Of a stretch of 64,000 bases of DNA, positions 15,801-27,800 are shown piece after piece. Numbering within the stretch: position 1 is the first letter of the stretch; each line of letters opens with the position of its first letter. Origin of the DNA: Pecten maximus (Eukaryota); NCBI RefSeq assembly GCF_902652985.1, contig NC_047015.1:50778001-50842000 (forward strand). Reading direction: 5' to 3'. A model generated the notes under the pieces. It was given only the letters and a program-made list of their open reading frames with translations. It was not told where the DNA came from and searched no databases. The position numbers were made by a program, and so were the translations under genes.

Positions 15801-18800
15801 AAGATATCATAAATATAACCAGATATCTTCTAACAGGTACGCCTAAATTCGAACGTAAGTATTAAGATATGCCAGTATAGTGGATTTTGCATTTAGAAAA
15901 ATAATAGCCCGCTATATAACGGAGCTGCATTTTCTTTCGTAGATTGGAATAAATTTATTATTAACATTAATTTAATGTATTTAATTTTTGGTTTTACATC
16001 TTGAAAATAATTAAGAAGGTGAATCCATATATGCCATAACCTCATATTATATATAAATATACATGTAGATTTCTTTGTCGTTAGTTTGAAATTTGCTTAA
16101 GTTTCATTATTTGCTTTTCTCGAAAACATGCAATTGTACAAGAGAATGGCTCTGATTGCTATTGTGATATAAATATCTGTATACAAAACATACACATATT
16201 ATTTGGTAGTCATTTGACAGTCACAATTACGATTAATTCATTCTTACCCTTGTAATATTTGAATTTCTTTCGAATCTCCTAAAAAAGAAGTATTTTAACT
16301 CGGCAGAAAATCGTTATATAATGATTTAATTGCATGGCTGAACTGTTTTCCAAAACGACGTTATAAATAGAAAGCTTATATCGCGAAATTAAGCAATAGA
16401 GCATTTTCATAGTGAAAGCGTTACAAATATATTTGCATTGATTGTTGATTGCTGATGGCAGTATATAAATGCAATAATTGACCTGCAAAGTCATTTTTCG
16501 TCAAAACTGCTTGTTTGGTCCCAAAGGTAGATTATGCATACGAAGCTGAATCATTTATCAAAATCATGGAGCATGGTTCATGCGGCAATAAATCTAGCAT
16601 TGATTTTGGCATGTCTTATTTAATCAATCGGCGAATACGAGACGCTTTTTTGTTTACATAATGAAAAACGTGTTACTTCATCTGCTGAAGCACTTAGTCA
16701 TGATCAATTTAAACATTTAACATCATACTGCGGCAAAGGAATAATCTACTGAGTTTTTGAATTGCTTGTAAGCTTATTTGAGACTAATTGTCAAATTAAG
16801 ATTTTTTTGTTTTATTTTATTTTTTTTTAGATATTTACAGAACATACATTTATAGATAATCTAAATGTTGAATAATAGTCATTTCACAATATCGTTGATG
16901 TTCTTGTGTGCGCGCATTTTATATTGATAAACGTTATCAGCATATACTGGCATATTCTTAAATACTTTGTTTTAATTACTGATTTGAAATGTACATTTTT
17001 ATTGTGATTAAGTTGTCAATGGCGCTATAGATAAATATTAGTCCTTTAATTGAATGGATATGTTATTTCTTGAGATTTGTTTGGTTCAAAACTGTATCTG
17101 TTCTTTGAAATTTTTGTAAAATTTCCATATTATTTTTATTTCAGTTGGACGTTCAAATCTGTAATCATTTTCTAGAATTTGAAAGGAATGAAGATTAAAA
17201 AAAAGCTAGATTATTTAAATATTTCATGCCATTATATTTCGATTAGATAAAATTAAATGAATACACAAAATGAAACGATATTGATTTTGACATTTCTTGT
17301 AAACAGCCGCTAACCCAATGCTTACACAGAAGGAACGTAAAATGTCGGGAAGTGCGTTGAAGAACAAACTAGGTGAAGGAGGGGGTTCGGCTGCAGGAGG
17401 AGGAGGAGGAGGAGTTGGCGGAGGCGCAGGGGGAGGTGGAGATAAAGGCGGCGGAGGTGTTGCTTCAGTTGCTGCTGGGTAAGTTTATGCCAATCACAGT
17501 TTGCCCCGCCCCTTCCCAATCTCATTCCCGTGAACTACTCAACGCCCTCTGTGAGTGATGTGACCTTCAGGACTTCCAATCGGTTAAAGTCTTACTTTTG
17601 TTTTGTTTCTGGTTAATCTCAGCTCTTCTGACGACCTTATCACACCTTCATCCTGTCCAAAGTATCTCCCCTTGTGTACAGTTTTAATATCACAAGAAAT
17701 AAATGGACTTTATTAAACTGATATCACCTTTAAAAGTTCAAACTGTACTGTCCACACATAGTGATCTTTTTTGTTTAGATGTCCCCTGCTTTTTTCCCAA
17801 ATGAATGTAATTATCGGAATGATATGATAATAATGTGATAATTGTTTTCTTCCATTTAGATGTATGTGAATCAATTAATAAGGACATGACTTCCAATTAT
17901 TAGGACAAAGATATTTTGTAGTTCATTTCTTCATTATCGTTAATTTCCTAAACAAAGTAATTGTTTTAATTTCCTAAACAAAGTAATTGTTTTAATTTCC
18001 TAAACAAAGTAATTGTTTTTATCGTCTAGCAGACTACGCAACCAACATTGATGAGGTCGCATATATATAAAAATATGATTTAATAGATAGTTTTCCATAT
18101 GAGTGGAATAGTAATGAACAGATGATGATGTGTATGGCATCAATGCAATGCTATCACGTAATGTCAATGAAAACATTTATGGGATGTTTACTCACAAATC
18201 ACTTGGATAGCGATCCTTTGGTTTTGTGAAGAAAAAAGAAAAATTGTGGACATAAATCTAACGATTTTTTTGTGAACACATTACACGTTTGTAGACACTG
18301 TTTTGGGATTTTCCCCCCAAATACATTGATTTAACTTCGCATGATTTACAACGCATGGTTTGAATGCATTTAATCAATGTTATACAAAGAGTGTCTACTT
18401 TGTTGTGTTTCAAACAAAGGTTAACTCATAGAATTGTTCGATTTCGACATTGTTCTCAAACATACTTCAAACTATATACAAAAATGTTTTTATCAAGCTA
18501 TTGAATGTGTTATGATGGGGATATTGGTGCACTCATAATGATTTTAACCGCACGATGTCGATGAAATAATAAATTAGTTATTTTAGAATACTTTCGTATT
18601 GTCCTTGAATTTTGATACATGTCTCCTCTGCATTTGATTCGCAAAAAAACAATGGAGTTATTTTGAAATTCCTCATGAGAATAATTTCCAACCCAAATGT
18701 TTAATTTGCATACCGTTTAATCGGTTTTATTTTAATGTAAGTGAGATATCAGAATTCAAGGACATTTGCATAATTCTAGTGTTTAGAATATTTGTTTAAC

Positions 18801-21800
18801 AAAGTGAGATGATTTTATTCAATGGATGAACTAAAGTTTGAAAAAAATAGTACCGATATTTTCATCTGTATCGCTTTCTATGGTACAAGAGGAAACATCC
18901 AACGCTAGATATGCCAGAAGTACTATTTTCAACCATTGTTTGGAAATCTTTTCAGTGATGATGAAGGGAAGGAAGAGAAAGTTATGAATTTATTTTCATT
19001 CTCCCTTTCTAGAGGAGAGAAGCTATCTACAAAAAGCGCCTCCATAAAAGGGCCAAGACTTGCTATGTAAAATGTCTTCCATTCTCTGCATGTCAGTCAG
19101 TTATAGTTTTTGATTTCAAGTTGAAAATGAAAAAAAGAAATGTATAGGATTTACCGCTCATTTTTTTCCGTAATTCAGCAGAAATATTTTGAATATTTAA
19201 TAATTAGTCTTATTTTCTCAAAGAATAAAACAATTAGCATCCCTTTCACTTTAAAAGTTTCTATTGCAAAATGTGGTTATAGTTCGATATACTTTGAATC
19301 ATCAAACCTGAAGTATACTTGAAACAACATTGCTATCAGCTAAAACGTTATATAAACGAACGTGTAGCCTGTAAGTTATTTTGTCAGAGTGTAAGTCCTA
19401 TACGACATGTTCAAGTTAGAATGATTTTTCAGAGAGTGCAAACCCTGAAAGCATTTTTTCAATGTTCATATTTGGGTACATTAATCTGCATTGCCTATGA
19501 GCATTTTGTTACTAAACCAATTAGTCAAATTAATTTCCCACAAAAAGAGTAAATACTGATTCAGATAAGTAGAAACCATTCTTAATCATTAATTGCTACG
19601 TCTGGAAAAGTGAAATTGTTTCTGTTTAAGATGGATGATGATTACGTTGTATGTGGAATCCTTAAGCTTCATTTCGATATAGCAGATATCTATAATTCCA
19701 TCTTTAGACCCGGACTGCACGCGCATCTGAAGGAACTCGGAATCTTAATTTAATTATGTTGGTACTAATGGCATGCTACCCAACAGAAACTATATATACA
19801 CTGTATGTGTGTGGTTTGGACGTATACGTTATTTTGTATACTTTAATTTGCATTGACAAACATTAAGTCTTGGATCCAGATAGGATTTCTTAGAAATCTT
19901 GATGTGCAATTCAGCATTTGGACGATCGCTCATATTTTCGTCAGTAGAAGTTAGATTTATATCCAGTTAAAATTTCAATACTAACTATTTAAAGATAAGT
20001 AACTACAAGAAAAATATGCAAACAAAAAACAAAAAACACATAATGCACGTTTTTTGTATCTGAATCCAAGAACTATCTATTAATTGTCATTAAATTTATC
20101 ATTACGTAATTATCGGCTGACATTGGCGCTAAACGCTAGTATTTGGCAAACTGAAATGTGTTGTGGTGTTGTTTTAGGGTAGTATATGTGATTGATAGCA
20201 TCTTAGAAGGGCAACGCAGAAATTGGCTGTTGGAAATCTAATCTTCTAAGCAATGTGTTCATTAGTTTTGATTTATATTAAGAATTATTTTATTTACCTG
20301 ATTTCTATTATATAAATAGTTTTGTTTCAATATTGCAGAACTGGAAAGTATCGTCCAGTGTAACTGGAAATGAGTGTTATCAGAGTTTTAAGAACAGAAA
20401 AATAAATATGTTATACAGCTGCTTCCATAGATATGTTGTAAGCTTGTGACTATGTTGGATATTTGAAAGCTGATCTTTTATGTTTGCAAATATATAACGT
20501 ATATACTAGTCGGTACGGACGGATATGTTACATATGTATGTAAATCTGCTATCCTTCATGGCAACACTTGTCAACAAATATATACCGTTATATATGTAAG
20601 TTAAAACGGGGCATGGGACTAGGAACATCCCAATACTTCATTTACAGGAATTTTCACTTTGAAATTGGAAAACTTTAAAACTATAAGATTTCGATGTTGT
20701 TGTTTTAGAAAAGAAAAAGGAAAAAAGAAACGGAAAAAGAGTGACCTAAATGGGTATTCAGAGATGTATTTTTAAATCTGTCTTCCCCTAACAGATATCA
20801 CTCCCTCATGAACTCACTACCTACCACAAATGCTACGACTCTTATCAGATAACAACAATGTCTCCTTCACGTGTGCAACAGATAACTCAAAACGAAATAA
20901 TTTTGTCAACTGTTGGACAAGTATATTAATGTTGATTGCAAAAAAAACATTAGTAGTTATTTGGCATAAAATGTGAAACTGTCATGTAAACGACTTCTTA
21001 TAGAAAAACAAATTCTTCATTACTCGGCATTTTTGTGGGTAGGTATTGTGAAATTAGATTTTACTGTTAGATCGTGAATATATTCATTTAGCTAGTAACC
21101 TCTGGTGTTGGAAAACCTTAATACTACTGACAATGAGGTGGGGCGGGGGCAAGGTAGATGGATTTTGATAAATATATATCACAATTATGCAAATAAGTAG
21201 ACGAAGTCGTTAAGAATTTTGACATATTATGAACTTATGAGGATTATGTGAGATAGGTTTGACAGTTGCCGACATGATTCAGTACTTACTACTGAACATT
21301 AGATAGGTAGGCGAGCCGTTTCGACAAAGTGATTAACAGTCGTTTAAGTACTTTCAGTAATTTGATTTATCGTTTTGGCTGAGTGTGAGGATATGATCGT
21401 TTTGTTTAGATAGATGATGCTGATGATAGCCTAGACAATAATTAGTGCATTCGACGGATGCTGTAAACTAAATGTGATTAGATGAAATTTATGTTACCAC
21501 GTTGGTGTTAATTATTATTACTTCAACCATGGATAATGAATTTTAAATCACTTTGAAACGGCTATGTTGTTATAGTAGTGTAGACAACTTATTAACTTAA
21601 CAAAGCATGATATTAGCATGGTTTATAAATATATCACATGTTGTATATAGAATAATTCTATAGTGTTCATAGTATATACTGATACATACTAGATGATATA
21701 CTTCAGGATACCTTAAAGAAAATAAAGATTTTTTTTCCCATTTTGATGACGTATATCAATGAATATAAGCCAATCAATTTTGGAATTATTTGACATGCTG

Positions 21801-24800
21801 CAGAGTTATGATGCATGTAGGGGGAAGGGATTATTTTATGCTATAGATTTAAGGAAAATGACAAACTATTGACAACATCCGAGTGTCCGTCTGTCAACAT
21901 AATCATGTTCTAAATTTACTTATGTTTATGTAAGTACTTGAGTTTTAAAGGCAACGTCAAAAATTATTATTCAATATTGAGAGATTGAATGTTTTAATGA
22001 GAAGAGCACGGGGAATTTGATCAAAATGTTGAAAGCAGTCAACTGTTTACTGCCAGGTTTATTTGTTTACTGGGATTTGTAACTATTTCAAAAATGTTTG
22101 TTTTGGATATTCGTGAATGAACTGAAATTAAATATGTATTTTGCCAATAAAAGTGCGTTATGGAAATAGTTTCTAATCATATCATGATGCAAATCAAGCT
22201 GTCAATTTATATAATTTTATTTATTAATCATACTCCATTTTTGTTTTGTTTTAGTGTTTCCTCATTTTATACATATCATTGATGTATTGTGAATAAGCTA
22301 CGTTTTATGAGATTGATTGCATACTGTAAAGTCGGTAATATTTTTGGAGATTTTATTTTGCTATATTCCCGATAATTTTAGTATAGCGCGAAAATCTATA
22401 CCCACCAAATATATTATATTTATATAATATTTGCTGCATACGTTTACAAGGTGGTGTTGAATGAAATTTAAACCGGTGAACTAGCTCCAACTTGGACTAC
22501 CGCGAAGTATTAGCACCGTGAAAATTAACAACTATATAGTACATAAAAATGTTCAATCACAAAATTATTCCAAGACAAACATTGATTTCGTGCCTGCAGC
22601 ATTCTGCTAAAACGGCACGATCGTTATTTTTTTTTCCATTCAATATTCATGTGTATTTCATTTACAGTGTGTAGATTGTGTTAATAATTAATATCATATA
22701 CTTCTAGTTGACTAATAATAACAATTCTATTGTACATTGGACCGACAGGGCTTTAGCGACACTCTGGTCAAAGACAAAAGAGTAAGATATCGACGGCCGT
22801 TGTCCAGTTTTGCTGGATGATTGACATGTCCAGTTTTTGTCACATGCACAATACAATAATACCGTTCTTCTAATTCTTTCTCGTCTGCTCAAAACCAGAC
22901 AGCAAATTGTTTTACTGTATCAGATTCAAATTGTCAACACCAGTATGATTTTCATACTTTGAAAGGATCATATTTTTGAATATTTTTTTCATGACATTTT
23001 CAAGATAATAAAAAGAAATCCCATTAATTAATTGTTCGTGACGAGCTTGGTACATTCGTATTTACTGTTACTGTAAGCGAATTCAAGTTTTCTGTGGCAG
23101 AATGTTGTGTTTGGTGTTAAATATTGAATCTGAAACAGAAAACTGTTTTTTTTCTTCTTTTGTACCCAATTATTTTTTTCTTCTATCCATAACGGGGTCA
23201 GCATTGTGAATTTTTTTTTAAATTTTGATTTGCTTGTCATTTTCTTGAAATTTATTGAGAAATCCGAAATAATGAGTTCATGAATATAAAACCTTTAACC
23301 CTGGTATAGGTATCAGAAAAAAATCATATACTATTTGTGATATGTTGCGTAATCACATTCATCAATAATTTAGATTATTAATTGATTGTAAAAACTCGTC
23401 ATATCACAACAATGGGTACAATACTCTATTATGTCTGTCTTCTTTGTGAACACAAACTATAGGTATCTATGCATGCAGTTTATTTCCTTAATATCTGATG
23501 CTAGAATTTTATATCTTCACAATACATCATCAAATTAATGATAAAGGAATGACCATTTCAATTTTACTCATACACTGGAACAGTTTCATATATATCCAAT
23601 GTATTGTTGTAAAAGTTATATGAAACATATGGATGCATTCTGTAGAGATAGTGCCAACTACAAAACGTACTCAAAATAAAATAACAAAGAGAAATAGGAC
23701 ATTCTCTGAATGTATAATCTTTATTGAAAATAGAAATAACAGTAAAATTTATTGTGATCCAGAAGTTTCAAAAATATTGAAATTCGTAATTTCTTTATCA
23801 AACAAACGCGTTAATAGGATGAATTTATATTTATACATGCATGCTATTATTTTTTCTAAAAAGTGTTTATATTATCTTTTTTTTTTTTTGACATGTGAGA
23901 GCCCGATTATCCTTAAGCGATTAACTGTGATTAATTGAATGTACTATTTCATATTAAAAATGGGTTACTATCGAATATATCCAGTGTATATTAGTTAAAA
24001 CCCCAATTACAACTTATTCTACATTCAATTATATGTGTTCGCTATGCAACGTCCAAATAGATGTCTGCTACACTGATTGCTAAAAAAAGCTTAGTTTTTA
24101 TCCAAAGATGCTGCAAGTATACATTTTCATACATAATAACTATCAAAATTTGTTAGAGTGATTGTCAATTTATCAATATACTAGAATATCCAGGATAACC
24201 CTTGAAATATCAGGATATGTTTTTAAAACTATTACACAATAATACACAATCTCAATTATCAACAGATAAAAATACCATCTAGGAAAAAAAGGTGGCGACC
24301 AAAAAGGACACAAAAATCCACTTATGTATTATTTCGAGAAAATAAGAATCAGTTACCATCCAAAATCAATTCATGGTTGGTAGTATACAGTATATGCCTG
24401 TGTTAAATGAACAAATTGTATAGTCTTTAACAGTTTTTCGGGCTAGAAATGGTCGCTTGAAGGGAGATAATTCTTATGGCATTGTGATTTTAGCTAAATT
24501 AGTGGATCATACGCTGTGACTTTTGCAGGGCATGAAGAATGTATGATATATATAAGTATATATATATATATTTATGATTTTTATTATTTATTTTAATTGA
24601 CTATTTTTCCATTATTGAATGCAAATATCTACCAAACATTTCGAGAATTTTTGTGAATAGACTTTGGTATATCACAACCAGTGTAGGATTTAACCGTGAC
24701 GTTTCGGTGACTACATTCTAGATCTGTCGCCATCAGCAGACACATGCCCAGTGCAGCGTACAATATACAATGTGTCAAAGTCTATTCATATTTATACTTA

Positions 24801-27800
24801 CCTGCCTGAATAATTTGATTGATAGTTTAAGGAATGTCATTTTCAAGGTTTGGTTGATTTTTTTTAGTTTTTTTTATACAGTACGTAGTTCTTTTTTCCT
24901 CTTATTTTTCACCGAGTTTGAATAATACCTGCAGACCTTTTGCATCAATGAGTCCTTATTGCACAGTCAGAGCATACCTAATGTCACATACGTAGATGCA
25001 TGAATGAAACTTTTACAATTTTATGCATTAGAGAAGAATGTATCTTTTCTTGCATGACTTTTCAATATTTCATTGTGTTCTTTTGTTCTTTATGCGTTAA
25101 AGTTTAAGAAATTAATATAAGTAAACTCTTTGCAATCGCGTGTAGCATTTGTTTCTCTTCCATTAATTATATGATAAAAGGAAAGTAATTTGACAAAAGC
25201 AATTATCAAAGTCTGAAATTACATTTTAAAGGTTTTGAATGTTCATTTCATTGGTTCTTTTGTCTATGATTTGAACACTACTGTAGAAAGCTAATTGAAG
25301 CACTTAAGTTTTTAAACTATTAATTTTCTGATTTTGTACAGTTCCTTTATGGTTAGTAAAACCTGTTATAAAAGTTTGTCTTACGATCCCTACCTTTATC
25401 AGTACATGTAGAAAGCACAACCACAAATATTTTTTAAATATCACTTTCCCTGTATGTGATTATGGTAAATGTCCTCAAACTCGGTCACTTATATGTCACC
25501 ATTTATTCAATTCAATGCAATATTAACACTAATGTAATCAGTTTTAGACCTGACCAGTTCTTAACTTCATAAAATAATCAAATAAATTGAATTAATCTTA
25601 TGATGTCATTCTACTAAATCCATTATTTTTAATCTGATTTAATACTTTTGCAATATTTCTGAATTTAAGGACATTAACCATATGTAAAACCATATTTGAG
25701 ATATAGTAACAAATCAATTCTCGCTGTATCACTGGTTATTGTGTTTGCGTCATCAGGCCTCAAAGCCCAAGTAAAGCTACGCTCCCACCACTTGAAAACA
25801 GCAGCGGTAAAGATTCTATTTGGCCGAAGGATGCTGGTCCAAGCGAGGAACCGCGCAAGTTTGACTCTACAGGAATGTTTCACTGGTGCCAAGCGCGACC
25901 CTTGGAAGATGCCCTGATGGTATATACGACTACTTTTGACTTTTGAGTATAAGTCGTAAAAACTTTTTGTTTTGCTATTGCTTATCAATGTCTGTCTTCT
26001 GGAGTCATTCCAGTGTTTCCTTATTCATATTTCAGAAAGGTAATGGAAACGTTGAGCGTTGAACTAAATCATTCTTTATAGTAAGTTTACAAAGATAATA
26101 TGGTAGATCCGCCCTGGTCTGACCTAGAATTACAATATCTCTGGAAACTTGTTAGTTGTACATTATTTTGTCCTTCTTGATCTTAATAAAGAATCTTATT
26201 CCCTCAGAAATGGTGGTAATATTTTTTTGTTTTTGTTTATGTTCTGTAGGACCGAGACAAGGCCTCTGTGACAGTATTGTGTAATCACGTGGTAGTTTGC
26301 CTGTTCGCGGACGCCAATTCCCCACTTATTGGAATGAGGAACCTGGTGATGCCACTTCGGGCCAGTAACTTTCATTATGCAGAGCTCAAACATGTTGTGA
26401 TAGTAGGCAATCTAGACTACCTTAGGAGGGAGTGGAAAACTCTACAGAATTTCCCAAAGCTGACCGTTCTACCTGTAAGTATCTGGATTTCGAGTTATTA
26501 ACATTGGAATATCCAATGAAGTTTATTTTAGAAACATAGTTTATTTCAGAAAAATGGAAAATAATGTTACCTCGAATATTCGGAATATCTTGAATGTTTA
26601 GGTCGCATAGGTCGCATTGACTTCGAGATAAGGAGGCTCAATTATATATTATTAATGCCTTTGTTTGTATTTGTGTTTGGTAGGGGTCTCCTTTGAACTG
26701 TTTGTATTTGTGTTTGGTAGGGGTCTCCTTTGAACTGTTTGTATTTGTGTTTGGTAGGGGTCTCCTTTGAACCGTGCAAATCTACGGGCTGTGAACGTGA
26801 ACCTCTGTGATATGTGTGTGATTGTCTCCGCCAAGGATAAGAACCTTGACGACCCTCACCTTGTTGACAAAGAGTCCATTTTATGTTCACTTAACATCAA
26901 AGCCATGACATTTGACGATAGCATAGGACTATTGCAGGCCTCCGCTCAGCCAGGTGCAGGTAAGTCTATTTGTAGTGGTCGCGTATTAAATTCACAATTT
27001 TTGAATTTTAATAACGAAAGCTCGCACTATTATACAACATGTATATGTGAAATAATTTTGACGACCACCAAATTTTAGCAAGTTCTTTGACTATGTTCTG
27101 TTGACAACGTTGATCTTATGGGGATTGGTCTATTTAACCATTTTAATAAACTAACACTTAAGTTTAAGAATTTCAGTAAGGTGTGCAAATTGGCTAATCG
27201 TCCATTGCCATGGATTACTACTCAGAACCATTTCATAATGAAAGCCTGTTTTGATATATACAATACATATTACAGTTACAAGGATGTATTTCATCATTCT
27301 AGTCTTCGATGTATATCTGATCTGAAAGTAATTTAAAGTGTAAGTGAATATCACTGAAGAGTCCTAGAAGGACGACCCAGCTGTATGTTGTACCTCTGCA
27401 TTACTGAAAGCTATTAAGCTGACTTCTCGAAATGTTAAAGGGTGAGTTCCATTCAATACTTCAAAAAAGTTGCCTTTGTGCTATGTTACCAGGCTTCCTT
27501 CCTCCTGGCTTCTCGCCAATGGGTAGTCCGGCTAAGATGGCTCGACGAGGATCCGTATGTGGTTCCAACGTACCGCTTATCACTGAACTAGGTCAGTATT
27601 ATTTGCTATACAAAAGGTGGTAAAACTAGGTCAACCGATCTCAGAATTAGATACGGGACAAAATTCTTATGTGCGGATGATACTAGTTTTAGAAGAGAGC
27701 TTATACTGTTCATACGTTTGTTCGTGATCAAATTTAGAATAAATATTTCCTTTGTTTATTTATTTGTTTTTTCTTTGGACCTGTGTTATCACAGGTAAAA

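Noticed and set aside
17373-17558. ORF with poly-Glu (and the antisense poly-Leu ORF 17322-17525)
   Set aside because: Alternative frames of the Gly-rich slo exon; splice phase supports the GGA=Gly frame.
25674-25988. ORFs 25674-25988(-) and 25696-25917(+)
   Set aside because: Shadow or out-of-frame readings of the slo exon 25757-25919.
26642-26890. Minus-strand ORFs with repeated [22 protein letters not shown]
   Set aside because: Antisense translation of the 37-bp triplication.
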